DNA of 63,725 nucleotides, filler included, from Octopus bimaculoides (lineage: Eukaryota), in the NCBI RefSeq assembly GCF_001194135.2. It is 3 parts of 3 records of this genome, joined end to end, with 100 filler letters (N's around TTAATTAATTAA, not from the genome) between each part and the next. Parts side by side here need not be neighbours in the genome. Positions count along the whole stretch, not along the records: positions 1 to 29,760 come from NC_068989.1; 2 more parts are not named here. One strand, written 5' to 3'. A program made the position numbers and the translations under genes. Of the stretch, positions 13,001-25,856 are shown piece after piece (the stretch's first letter is position 1; each line of letters opens with the position of its first letter). The notes beneath the pieces were generated by a model. That model did no database searches. It saw only the letters and a program-made list of their open reading frames with translations, and had not been told where the DNA came from.

Positions 13001-13271
13001 ATGGTTCCCGATTTTAGCATACATACCTTATTAATATTTCCTCCTATATTCTATATACTCTGGGAACGCTTTGAAGCCCTTTTCGGGGCTACTTTCTTTG
13101 AATTCTTATGAAATTAGTTACCCGATAGTAAGAATTCAAATAAAGTAGCCAGAAATGCACACAGGCTTGAAAGAAAGAGTGTCACTGAGCTGAAATCACC
13201 TTTAGAAGCTAAAATATGTCACAAACATATCTGAACTATCCTAGGGTTTATTCATCTTTCATCACTGCTTT

Positions 13272-13655
13272 GCACTATGTGATAAGAAGCTTGCTTCCCA
13301 ACCACATGGTTTCGGTTTCAGTCCCACTGCGTGGCACCTTGGACAAGTGCTACTATATATAGCCTCGAGCCGACCAAAACCTTGTTAGTGGATTCGATCT
13401 ACAAAAACTGAAAGAAGCCCGTCGTATATATATATTTGTGTGTGTGCGTGCTTGTCCGCCCGCCATCGCTTGACAACTGATGCTGGTGTGTTTATGTCCC
13501 CGTAACTTAGTGGTTCAGCAAAAGAGACCGAGAGAATAAGTACTAGGCTTACAAAGAATAAGTCCTGGGTTCGAGTTCTTCGCCTAAAACCCTTTAAGGC
13601 GGTGCTCCAGCATGGCCGCAGTCAAATGACTGAAACAAGTAAAAGAATAAAAGAA
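13272..13655 (+). mobile_element. SINE family 1, full length
   Basis: tRNA-like head (gtttcagtccc B-box region), ccttggacaagtg core, central microsatellite, aaaagaat tail. Confidence 0.85.
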
Positions 13656-14088
13656 TATATATGCAGGTGTGTGTGTGTGTGTGTGTGTATTAAATAATGT
13701 TACAATTGTTCTTGCTACTTTCTTTCTATGTAGTTCCTATTTCAATAACGTGCTGTTTCCTATTTCAATGACAGCACACTTTCTGCTTTTCTTTCGTTAT
13801 TTCTTCTTCCTTTTCTTCTACAGAAGAGTGAGTGAAACTACAGAGTAGGAGAGAGAGAGAGAGAGAGAGAGAAAATATTGCGCGTGTGTACAGACTTCAA
13901 TTGGCTATGTGCCATCGGGTAACGTCATATCAAATTCTCGAACGATGCCATACACCTATGAAGCCTTCATGTGTATGAATGTTCAGTGCACGAGTGTGTC
14001 TATGTGTTTTTGTTTGTAAATGTATTTGTTTATATGTAGGTCATTAACTACAGGTAGTTAACCTAAATGAATTATTCGTTTTTACATA

Positions 14089-14428
14089 GGCGCAGGAGTG
14101 GCTGTGTGGTAAATAACTTGCTTACCAACCACATGGTCCCGGGTTCAGTCCCACTGCCTGGCACTTTGGGCAAGTGTCTTCTACTATAGCCTCGGGTCGA
14201 CAAAAGCCTTGTGAGTGGATTTGATAGACGGAAACTGAAAGAAGCCCGTTGTCAAGCCCACCATTCGCTTGACAACGTTGCCGTAATCTAGCTGTTCGTC
14301 AAAAGAGACCGATAGAGCAAATACTAGGCTTACAAAGAATGAGTCCTGGGGTCGATTTGTTCGACTTAAGGGCCGTGCTCCAGAATGGCCGCAGTCAAAT
14401 GACCGAAACAAATAAAAGAGGAAAAGAG
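14089..14428 (+). mobile_element. SINE family 1, internally deleted
   Basis: ggcgcaggagtggctgtgtggtaa head through to the gtcaaatgaccgaaacaa tail. Confidence 0.85.
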
Positions 14429-14495
14429 TGATTTCGTTTTCACTCGTGTATATCTGCACTTATCTCTATCAGCATGTGTGTGTGTGTGTGTGTGT

Positions 14496-14758
14496 CGAGG
14501 GGTTCCAGTTGATCCAATCAACGGAATAGCCTGTTCCTAGAATTAACATGCAAGTGCTTGAGCACTCAACAGACACGTGTACCCTTAACGTAGTTCTCAG
14601 GGAGGTTCAGCGTGACACTGAATACGACAAGGTTGGCCCTTTGAAACACAGGCACAACTAATTTTTGCCAGCTGAGAGGACACAACGCGCAGCCAAGAAT
14701 CGAACTCCCGACTTTACAACCGTAAGCCGAATGCCTTAAGCACTGAGCCACGCGCCTT
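14496..14758 (-). mobile_element. SINE family 3 with tRNA-like head
   Basis: Minus strand reads ggcgcgtggctcagtgc (A box)...gagttcgattc (B box), then the family-3 body. Confidence 0.8.
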
Positions 14759-15754
14759 TATGTGTGTGTATGTATGTATGTATGTATGTATGTGTGTGTG
14801 TGCATGCATGCGCGCGTATGCCTGTATATATATATANNNNNNNNNNNNNNNNNNNNNNNNNNNNNNNNNNNNNNNNNNNNNNNNNNNNNNNNNNNNNNNN
14901 NNNNNNNNNNNNNNNNNNNNNNNNNNNNNNNNNNNNNNNNNNNNNNNNNNNNNNNNNNNNNNNNNNNNNNNNNNNNNNNNNNNNNNNNNNNNNNNNNNNN
15001 NNNNNNNNNNNNNNNNNNNNNNNNNNNNNNNNNNNNNNNNNNNNNNNNNNNNNNNNNNNNNNNNNNNNNNNNNNNNNNNNNNNNNNNNNNNNNNNNNNNN
15101 NNNNNNNNNNNNNNNNNNNNNNNNNNNNNNNNNNNNNNNNNNNNNNNNNNNNNNNNNNNNNNNNNNNNNNNNNNNNNNNNNNNNNNNNNNNNNNNNNNNN
15201 NNNNNNNNNNNNNNNNNNNNNNNNNNNNNNNNNNNNNNNNNNNNNNNNNNNNNNNNNNNNNNNNNNNNNNNNNNNNNNNNNNNNNNNNNNNNNNNNNNNN
15301 NNNNNNNNNNNNNNNNNNNNNNNNNNNNNNNNNNNNNNNNNNNNNNNNNNNNNNNNNNNNNNNNNNNNNNNNNNNNNNNNNNNNNNNNNNNNNNNNATAG
15401 GTATGTGTATGTATAATTATGTATATTTATGTGGAAATGTAAGGTAAACTTATAGTGTGTCTATTTTCCCTATTATATTTTTTACATGTTTGTTCTACGT
15501 CTCTTTTCTTTATTCTCCCATTCTGCCTTTTTCTCTTAATTTCTTTCACTCGTGATTTCTTCTTATACTCTTCTGATTTTCCTCTTCCGTTGATGCAGCG
15601 CACACGTCCTCTCTCTCTCTTACTTTCTTTCTCATTTCACATATCTTTCCCCTTATCCGTTTGTACTTCACCTGCGCGGTTGTCTATTATAAACGATTTC
15701 GTCTCGTTTCCACGGACAAACATAGATGAGCGCGTGAGCACACAGACACACACG

Positions 15755-15900
15755 GCGAGGTCGACTTTGCCTTTCATCCTTTCGGGGTCGATTAAATAAG
15801 TACCAGTTACGCACTGGGGTCGATATAATCGACTTAATCCGTTTGTCTGTCCTTGTTTGTTCCCTCGGTGTGTAGCCCCTTGTGGGTAGTAAAGAAATAA
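15755..15900 (+). mobile_element. SINE family 2, 5'-truncated, tail type B
   Basis: gaggtcgactttgcctttcatcctttcggggtcga body; tail gtttgtctgtccttgt...aaagaaataa. Confidence 0.8.
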
Positions 15901-16009
15901 CACACGCACGAGCGGCACACAGATCGATGTAACGGTGTAACACAAATAAATGTACAACGTAACGCAAATTTATAGTATAGTGTGTGTGTGTGTGCGTGCG
16001 CGCGTGCGC

Positions 16010-16040
<31 letters not shown>

Positions 16041-16164
16041 TGAGAGAGAAAAGAAAAGAAAAGAAAGTATGTGCGCGTGTATATGCGCGTGTCTAGAAGT
16101 CATTACAAGAATTCTTTTTGTCATTTTGGAGTACTATTTTATTTAATGGCACATGCGCCAGATG

Positions 16165-16335
16165 GCACATGCCACAGAAAGACGTTTTGGAACCAACTGG
16201 CGCTTATTTTATCGATCCAAAAGGATGAAAGGCAAAGTCGACCCCAGTAGAATTTGAACTTAGGACGTAAAGACGGACGAAATGCCGCTAAGCGTCTTGC
16301 CCGGCATGCCAACAATTCTTCCAGCTCGCCACATT
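16165..16335 (-). mobile_element. SINE family 2, diverged
   Basis: ggatgaaaggcaaagtcgac...gaatttgaact...ccagctcgcc. Confidence 0.75.
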
Positions 16336-16774
16336 CACTTATTGTTATCGTTATTAAGTTTTCATGCTTCAGGCGCACCTGGGTATCGCCCTACCTCATA
16401 CCGTCATTATTTGATCTAAAACGTTGTTATTGAAAAGAAAAAAACTCCTCAAAATTCATGCGATAACTATAGATTTCTCACATTTGTATGAAATTAAAAT
16501 ATTTTTGCGGAGAGATATAAAACCAGAATGAATTATTTATAATTTTTGCTTTTGTTTCCTACAAATCAAAAGAAATAGACCGGTTTCGATTTTATTCGTC
16601 GCGTAAAGGGAAAATAATTGCACAACACCTGGTTTGAGAGTATAGGTGAAAATAGGCGAGAATTCAAATCATAAAAGCAACCGATTTTAATTTAGAGTAT
16701 CAATTAAGGTGAGTTTACATAACTGCGTTTGTGAGAGTGTTTTACGTGTTTTACGAACTCAATTGGTTAATGTG

Positions 16775-17190
16775 CTTGGCGTGGTTGTGTGGTTAAGAAG
16801 TTTGAATTCCCAGCCACGTGGTCCCGGGTTCAGTCCCACTGCGCGGTGTCTTCGGTAAGTGCCTTCCACTTTAGCCACCGGCCATCGAATAGCCTTGTGA
16901 GTGGATTTGGTAGACGGAAACTGGATGAAGCCCATCACATATACGTGTGTGTGTGGGTACGTGCGTGCGTGTGTATGTGAATCTTTATATTTGTTCCTCA
17001 CCACCGCTTGACAACGGCTGTTGGCTTGATTGCGACCCCGTAAACTTAGCGATTCAACAAAAGATATCGATATAACAATACTATTGGTTGAAAAAAAAAA
17101 CAAGTACCGTGGGCGATTTGGTCGACTGAACGCTTGAAAATGATGCCCCAGCAAGGTTGCAATTCAGTGACTGAAACAAGCAAAAGATAA
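16775..17190 (+). mobile_element. SINE family 1, diverged full copy
   Basis: Head gtggttgtgtggttaagaag...ggttcagtccc; family-1 body and tail recognisable. Confidence 0.7.
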
Positions 17191-17257
17191 ATGATAAAAC
17201 AAGACATATAACAAAGTCACTGGAATAATGTGTTGCAGAAAATGCTATACGAAATAT

Positions 17258-17895
17258 ACTTTTCTACTCTAGACACAAGGCCTGAAATTTTTGGAGAGGG
17301 GGCCAGTCGATTAGATCAACCCCAGTACGCATCTGGTACTTAATTTACCAACCCCGAAAGTATGAAAGGCAAAGTCGACCTTGGCGGAATTTGGACTCAG
17401 GACGTGTAAAGACAGACGAAATACCGCAAAGCATTTCGCCCAGCGTACTAACGTTTCTTATTTCTTTATTGCCCACAAGGGGCTGAACATAGAGGGGACA
17501 AAGAAGGACAGACAAACGAATTAAGTTGATTATATCGACTCCAGTGCGTAACTGGTACTTATTTGATCGACCCCGAAAGGGTGAAAGGCAAAGTCGACCT
17601 TGGCGGAATTTGAACTCAGAACGTTAGCGGCAGACGAAATACCGCTAAGAATTTCGCCCGGCGTGCTAACGTTTCTTATTTCTTTACTACCCACAACGGG
17701 CTACACACAGAGGGGACAAACGGATTAAGTCCATTACATCAACCCGAGTGCGTAACTGGTACTTAATTTATCGACCCCGAAAGTATGAAAGGCAAAGTCG
17801 ACCTCGGCGGAATTTGAATTCAGAAGGTAACGGCCGACGAAATACCGCTAAGCATTTCGCCCAGTGTGCTAACGTTTCTGCCAGCTCGCCGCCTT
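17258..17895 (-). mobile_element. Head-to-tail trimer of SINE family 2 (tail B, tail B, tail A)
   Basis: Three consecutive bodies containing ggcaaagtcgacct(t/c)ggcggaatt; only the unit ending near 17895 keeps ggcggcgagctggc. Confidence 0.85.
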
Positions 17896-20326
17896 TGCTA
17901 TAGAAAATATAAGTTTATATGTTTGTGTTTGTAAAGACGAAATTCTTATGAACAGGCAGGCAAACGACAGCAGTAAAGATAAACGCAATTGTAGAAGTTA
18001 TTCTTAGAGGCCAAATCAAGAGCGAATTAGACTTCTAGCGAGAGATAAGCGTGGTTGAGTAAAATAAAACGTGATGGCTTAAAGAACGATACTATCGTGG
18101 GTTCTCTACAAACTATTAATCCTTCATTGACTTATATTTCTGACTGGTTAAAATAACTCACATGACAAAAATGGTCGTAAAAAGATGATCGGATGTCCCG
18201 TTTAACTAGCCTTATCCCTACAATCAAATGGTTGACAAAGTGCTGGTCTTTGATTTGCGAAAATAACCTACAAGACAACAGTGAAAAATGATCGGATGTT
18301 TTGTTTAGCTAGCTCTCTCCATTCTCACTAAATGGTTAGCAAGCTACTAGCCTCTAATTGGTTGAAGTAACATCCTTAAGAAACCAACGAAAATTAATTG
18401 TCATTGCATGAGGTTGCATTGATAAATGACCATTAAAACGTTTAATTATAAATAGAATGACGTGTAAAAGAAAAAGGAGTGAATAAGAGAGCCACTCAGT
18501 GTTCGCTCGATCTGTTAGAAATAGCAATTGTTATAAACCCAAACTCGAATATCAAAGTTTAAAAGGTTTTAATCGACTAAAAATACAGCAGTATACAATA
18601 CAAACAAAGATTGCTAAACTGTAAGCAAAACCAAACTTCAACGCAATAACATTTTTATGCAGCGAGTTGCTACATTCTCGACTCACTAAAACCAATACTG
18701 AACAAGTCGTGCCGCAAACAGAACAGAACTCCGCGCAGTCGCACTGCAGGCATATAACAGCAATCGAGACAATCAAAATCACGTGATCAAAACTAAAATC
18801 GCAACAGCAACAGAATATCTCTGTCTTAAAAGAAGGAAAGACTCATTGCACAAGTAGTCTAAGATTCGTCGACTTTTAACCAACAGGTCTTCTCGAACTT
18901 GGAGTTAAAATTCCTTTCCTTAAGAAAGCCATCCTAAAACCATCCTTCACCTTTCAGCCTGACCCTTATGCAAAAAATGAGTTATACCATTGTAGTTTGC
19001 TCCTTCTTTAATACTCATAATTTGTTGGTATATCGGTCAGTCATCATTTATCAGGAACCTCATGCGGAACTTTTTACGTGATAGTTCGAATTCCCTCTAA
19101 ATCACAACCGACCTTCTAAACAAAAAAAGAAGAAAGATTACATTGGCGAATGTAGTCCTAGATACAGCGTGTCTGAAAAAAGAGAGAATCGTCTCGGCTG
19201 GAAAACTTGTCAATCGGTTTGCTTGAACAGAGTTGGCTAGGACTCAACAACAACAACAGCAATAACGACAGCGAAAGCGACGACTACAACAACATATACT
19301 TTTTTTACATGTAGATTATTTTTAAAACTCAAGTTGTATTTATCTAGGTTATCAGTTAGTCCATTTGCCGACTTATTTTCAGCTGTTTTTTTTTTCTTGA
19401 TGCTCGTGATTGTCCATGAAAGTGCGTTAAAAGTATCTCACAAGATCACAAGATACGTACCAAAGAACGTTAATATGCATCAGCAGATTAGCTCAGGCTT
19501 CGTGTTTAACTGCTCTTGCTGTTTGCTACTGCACAACTGAGTACGACAGTCGTTAGCTAAATCTAGTCCCTAATGCATTCTGTCGACTGATCAGCTGTCT
19601 TAAGACAATTATGCGCTGACAACCTTTGCATTTTAATAGTCACCTCTCCAACTGCCATTACAAGGATAGCGATCTATTGAAAAGGACGTCACCAGCCGAG
19701 CGACAGCTTCTATGGGGTCGCTGTTACGAGAAATAGCATCCAAATCTCCCTTAAATCACACTCTTATTGTCCTAAAGAAAAAAAAGGGTTACACTTGATG
19801 TGTTCCTCGATACAATGTATCTGGAAAAAAGACGAGATGGTCGCGGCTGAGCTGTATCTTTGATTATGTATCAGCTTGATCGATGCTGAATGGAGTTAAA
19901 TATCCACAATTCCGGTGCCAACAAATAGACAAACGGCATCCTATGTTCGATTAAGCAGATTCAGAACTGCTATGGAACCAAGGAAAAGTTTCCTTAAACG
20001 TGTCATTCTCTTTATTGTGACTGACATCATAACATGTAAAGTAAGAATGATTTTGTGAAAGGAAATAAACAATAGCCTACTGTCTTCAACAATAATGGAA
20101 ATGATACCAGGTGTAAGCAGTTGCAACATGGTGTGAATGCAAAGAGAAACAAATATAAATGTCTTTGATCTAGTTTGGATTCTTTGCAATCAAATTTGGA
20201 TTCTTTGCAATCAAATTTGAATTCTTAGCAATCAAATTTGATGGCAAAGAATCCAAACTAGATCGAAAACATCTATATTTTAGTTGATTGAAAACATGAA
20301 CTGGCTACTCCAATTTCATTTACATT

Positions 20327-20539
20327 AAGGCGGTGAGTTGGCAGAATCGTTAGCACGCCGGGCGAAATGCTTAGCGGTATTTCGTCTGTCTTTATGTTCT
20401 GAGTTCAAATTCCGCTGAGGTCGACTTTGCCTTTCGTCCTTTCGGAGTTGATAAATTAAGTACCAGTTGCGCACTTGGGTCGATCTAATCGACTGCCCCT
20501 TCCCCCAAAATTTCGGGTCTTGTGCCTAGAGTAGAAAAG
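20327..20539 (+). mobile_element. SINE family 2, full length, tail type A, 15-bp TSD
   Basis: TSD aatttcatttacatt at 20312-20326 and 20540-20554; head aaggcggtgagttggcaga, B box gagttcaaattcc. Confidence 0.9.
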
Positions 20540-21059
20540 AATTTCATTTACATTTCTTACAAAATTTCGCTATTCTAGATACATGTTCATATGGATATAT
20601 TTCGAATATATCAATTAACATATATGCAAATCCAAATTGCTCTGTAGTGCACAAATGGTTCCCTCTATCAGCTGGCTGTCGTGCTCTTTCAGTTGTTTTG
20701 TTTTTTCAATCCATTTCCTGAAGCTTTATAGGTGTGTAGAGACAAAGATGTATTTTAATGTAACGCCCCCCCTCTCTCTATTTAAGTCTGAGCATGTATG
20801 TATAAGTATGTGATGGATATGTATCTGCATATTCATATCGATATACATACATCCATACACAAGTATACATACATATATCGAAACGCCGGTGTTAAAACGG
20901 AGGTAGCTGATGAAGTAGAATGTTCTCTATGTGGCTTGTGTGTTTTCTCGTCTCTGTTTTGTTTGCAATGTCCTGTACCCAGATATGCACCTATACATAC
21001 AGGTGGATGTCGGTATGCACATACCTGTACGTATATATGCATATACTCATTTACTATTT

Positions 21060-21091
<32 letters not shown>

Positions 21092-22822
21092 NNNNNNNNN
21101 NNNNNNNNNNNNNNNNNNNNNNNNNNNNNNNNNNNNNNNNNNNNNNNNNNNNNNNNNNNNNNNNNNNNNNNNNNNNNNNNNNNNNNNNNNNNNNNNNNNN
21201 NNNNNNNNNNNNNNNNNNNNNNNNNNNNNNNNNNNNNNNNNNNNNNNNNNNNNNNNNNNNNNNNNNNNNNNNNNNNNNNNNNNNNNNNNNNNNNNNNNNN
21301 NNNNNNNNNNNNNNNNNNNNNNNNNNNNNNNNNNNNNNNNNNNNNNNNNNNNNNNNNNNNNNNNNNNNNNNNNNNNNNNNNNNNNNNNNNNNNNNNNNNN
21401 NNNNNNNNNNNNNNNNNNNNNNNNNNNNNNNNNNNNNNNNNNNNNNNNNNNNNNNNNNNNNNNNNNNNNNNNNNNNNNNNNNNNNNNNNNNNNNNNNNNN
21501 NNNNNNNNNNNNNNNNNNNNNNNNNNNNNNNNNNNNNNNNNNNNNNNNNNNNNNNNNNNNNNNNNNNNNNNNNNNNNNNNNNNNNNNNNNNNNNNNNNNN
21601 NNNNNNNNNNNNNNNNNNNNNNNNNNNNNNNNNNNNNNNNNNNNNNNNNNNNNNNNNNNNNNNNNNNNNNNNNNNNNNNNNNNNNNNNNNNNNNNNNNNN
21701 NNNNNNNNNNNNNNNNNNNNNNNNNNNNNNNNNNNNNNNNNNNNNNNNNNNNNNNNNNNNNNNNNNNNNNNNNNNNNNNNNNNNNNNNNNNNNNNNNNNN
21801 NNNNNNNNNNNNNNNNNNNNNNNNNNNNNNNNNNNNNNNNNNNNNNNNNNNNNNNNNNNNNNNNNNNNNNNNNNNNNNNNNNNNNNNNNNNNNNNNNNNN
21901 NNNNNNNNNNNNNNNNNNNNNNNNNNNNNNNNNNNNNNNNNNNNNNNNNNNNNNNNNNNNNNNNNNNNNNNNNNNNNNNNNNNNNNNNNNNNNNNNNNNN
22001 NNNNNNNNNNNNNNNNNNNNNNNNNNNNNNNNNNNNNNNNNNNNNTAGCGGTTCGGCAAAAGAGACCGATAGAATAAGTACTAGGCTTACAAAGAATAAG
22101 TCCTGGGGTCGATTAGCTCGACTAAAAGGCGGTGCTCCAGCATGGCCACAGTCAAATGACTGAAACAAGTAAAAGAGTAAAAGAGTAAAGTGTATATTAC
22201 TCCTGTTATCATAGTTTTGCTACAACATAAAGAATGGACTGTCATGTTTTTTCTTTCTTTTTTTTCTTTTCTTTCTTTTTTTTCTTCTTTTTTTTCTTTT
22301 TTTTTCTTTGATCCTCCAAAATACTAATTTGACCTCTCTATCAATCACTTTTCTTTCGATTACAGTCAATAAAACCAAATGAACTTTCTTGTCTCGCATC
22401 GGCTAGTAATTGAAACAAGTGAAAAACAAAAGATACATTGAATGACCCCGAAGGTCCGGGAGAGTAAAATAAGAATCAAAGGGGCTCCATAAGCTAAAAA
22501 TGGTTGAGAACCACTGATCTAAACCATTAGTCTTTAATTAATGCAGCATATTCTTTTGCCTATAAGTAGGCGTGTGTAATCATTTCGCATGTGACTCATT
22601 ATCATCTCTCCTCATTTACTCATTTGCATTCAATGAGGTCACAGCACCACAGCAGTCAATGTTTGTTATTTAGTTCATGATTTTGCCTCGGTTATCTAAC
22701 AAACGGGACCATTTATCGTAATCAGAATTAGAGCCTTTTGCAGCCTTCGAGAAAACATCATGATTAAATCTAATTGTAGCTTTGTGCCATAAATAATTTC
22801 TTTTTTAAATAGGCAACTACGT

Positions 22823-23300
22823 CTAAGTACATGCATACGTACGTACATGCGTGCATACATACATACATGCGGCCATACATACATACGTACATACATACAA
22901 ACCAAAATACATACATACGTACATACGTACGTACATACGTACGTACATACATACATACATACATACATACATACGTATGTACATGCGTGCATACATACAT
23001 ACATGCGGCCATACATACATACAAACCAAAATACATACATACGTACGTACATACGTACGTACATACATACATACATACATACGTATGTACATGCGTGCAT
23101 ACATACATACATGCGGCCATACATACATACATACATACATACAAACAAACCAAAATACATACATACATACATACATACGTACGTACATACATACGTACGT
23201 ACATGCGTGCATACATACATACATGCGGCCATACATACATGCAAACCAAAATACATACATACGTACGTACATACGTACGTACATACATACATACATACAT
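22823..23300. repeat. Compound (TACA/TACG)n satellite with ~110-130-bp higher-order units
   Basis: The block catgcgtgcatacatacatacatgcggccatac...aaccaaaatac recurs four times. Confidence 0.85.
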
Positions 23301-24944
23301 AGTATGTACATGCGTTCATACGTACATGCAAGCATATGTACATAGATACGAACGAACATAAATAAATACATAGAGATAGACAAGCACACACACACTCACA
23401 CACACACGTGCGCGCGCATTTCTCTTTTACAGACACTTTCTTATGAGACCGGACAACGCACTTAATGCTACAGAGGAACTTATTAATAGGCTGGAACCTG
23501 CCGTGAATCACATCATCTCTTAATGGTCTTTTTTGAAGAAAAACATTTTAATAGATTTATACATAGTTTGTACATAGATTTTTGATTTCCAAAATAAAAA
23601 CGACGCCTCATAGTTGATTATGTTTAACCNNNNNNNNNNNNNNNNNNNNNNNNNNNNNNNNNNNNNNNNNNNNNNNNNNNNNNNNNNNNNNNNNNNNNNN
23701 NNNNNNNNNNNNNNNNNNNNNNNNNNNNNNNNNNNNNNNNNNNNNNNNNNNNNNNNNNNNNNNNNNNNNNNNNNNNNNNNNNNNNNNNNNNNNNNNNNNN
23801 NNNNNNNNNNNNNNNNNNNNNNNNNNNNNNNNNNNNNNNNNNNNNNNNNNNNNNNNNNNNNNNNNNNNNNNNNNNNNNNNNNNNNNNNNNNNNNNNNNNN
23901 NNNNNNNNNNNNNNNNNNNNNNNNNNNNNNNNNNNNNNNNNNNNNNNNNNNNNNNNNNNNNNNNNNNNNNNNNNNNNNNNNNNNNNNNNNNNNNNNNNNN
24001 NNNNNNNNNNNNNNNNNNNNNNNNNNNNNNNNNNNNNNNNNNNNNNNNNNNNNNNNNNNNNNNNNNNNNNNNNNNNNNNNNNNNNNNNNNNNNNNNNNNN
24101 NNNNNNNNNNNNNNNNNNNNNNNNNNNNNNNNNNNNNNNNNNNNNNNNNNNNNNNNNNNNNNGAAATATGTCACAGGGAATAACATTTTTATGACCGCCC
24201 AGCAGTAACTCTATTCAGCTGAATAGACGTCAGTGATTGGTTGAAATTACAGAAATACGACAACTTTAACATGGAATAACTTGCGATGTACGTTTTTTTG
24301 TTAAGAAGACTAAGAGTAAAAGATGTTTTATATGACACATTCTACCAGTGTCCCAAGTTTCAAAGTGTTTCGTTAGTGTTTCGTTAAGAAAATACTGGTG
24401 CCCCCGTTTTGAAATAGATCCGATTTTTGATTTCCAAAATAAAAACGACGCCTCATAGTTGATTATGTTTAACCCCAGTTCATGACTGGTTCATGTCGGC
24501 TCTGGAAGGATAAAAAGCAAACTCAACTCTAGCGATATTTAAACTCTGAACCTAAATACCGATAGATATTTTCCCTACCGATATGAAATTTTTACATAGG
24601 GGCAGGCGTGGCTGTGTGGTAAGAACCCATTCTACAACGCTAAACATCCGATACCCTTTTATGCCACTTACCTTGAAGATATTTTTGATGCATGTATTTA
24701 TGAAATTATAGGATTTCACGGTTGTCACTTCCAGCGCAATTAACTTTCACTTATTTTTAGACACTAAACTGCATATTAACCTCTTCCATGTGCAATAAAC
24801 CAGATATCCTCCAAAGATTTGAATCAAGGTTAATTTTTTTTTTTTAATAACGGCTCCCCATAAAGTTCTCGGATGTTCTGGTGGCAGTTTTAGGCTAGTA
24901 CACCTACCACAATCTGACGTCAGACATGCTTAGTTAAATATACC

Positions 24945-25150
24945 ATTCAGCTATAGGCACAAGGCCTGAAATTTGGTGGGTGGGGTCAAGTCGATGACAT
25001 CGAATCCAGTGCTCATCTGGTACTTATTTTTATCGATGCTGAAAGGCAAAGTCGACCTCGGCGGAATTTGAACTCAGAGCGTAAAACCAGAAGAAATGGC
25101 GCTAAGCATTTTGCTCGGCGCGGTAACGATTCTACCAGCACGCCTCCTTA
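24945..25150 (-). mobile_element. SINE family 2, diverged, tail A
   Basis: aggcacaaggcctgaaattt...aaaggcaaagtcgacctcggcggaatttgaactcag. Confidence 0.75.
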
Positions 25151-25274
25151 TATAGGTAGCTAATATTGATTTTAAATTTCGGCACATGGCTAGCAATTTC
25201 TGTAAAGACGGGCGAAATACCGCTAAGCATTTTGCCCTTATTTATTAAATATATTATATTACCAAATAGTAATA

Positions 25275-25437
25275 GTCGCAGGAGTGGCTGTGTGGTAAGT
25301 AGCTTGCTTACCAACCACATGGTCCCGAGTTCAGTCCCACTGCGTGGCACCTTGGGCAAGTGTCTTCTACTATAGCCTCGGGCCAACCAAACCCTTGTGA
25401 TTGGATTTGGTAGACGGAAACTGGAAGAAGCCCGTCG

Positions 25438-25468
<31 letters not shown>

Positions 25469-25856
25469 NNNNNNNNNNNNNNNNNNNNNNNNNNNNNNNN
25501 NNNNNNNNNNNNNNNNNNNNNNNNNNNNNNNNNNNNNNNNNNNNNNNNNNNNNNNNNNNNNNNNNNNNNNNNNNNNNNNNNNNNNNNNNNNNNNNNNNNN
25601 NNNNNNNNNNNNNNNNNNNNNNNNNNNNNNNNNNNNNNNNNNNNNNNNNNNNNNNNNCCCCCCCCCCAGCATTGCTTGACAACCGATGCTGGTGTATTTA
25701 CGTCCCCGTAACTTAGCGGTTCGGCAAAATAGACCGATAGACAAAGTACTAGGCTTACAAAGAATAAGCTCTGGGGTCGATTTGCTCGACTATAAAGGTG
25801 GTGCTCCAGCATGGCCGCAGTCAAATAACTGAAACAAGTAAAAGAGTAAAAGAGTA
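25275..25856 (+). mobile_element. SINE family 1, full length, gap in central microsatellite
   Basis: Head cgcaggagtggctgtgtggtaag; tail aaaagagtaaaagag. Confidence 0.85.

Noticed and set aside
20180-20240. CRISPR-like regular repeats
   Set aside because: The tandem units have no spacers, the context is eukaryotic, and there are no cas genes
22696-23511. Several 150-270 aa ORFs on both strands
   Set aside because: They are translations of the TACA/TACG satellite
791-25824. Long ORFs in the track containing X runs or YIYI/CVCV/HTHT repeats
   Set aside because: They are open only because of N gaps or stop-free microsatellites; no protein family signal
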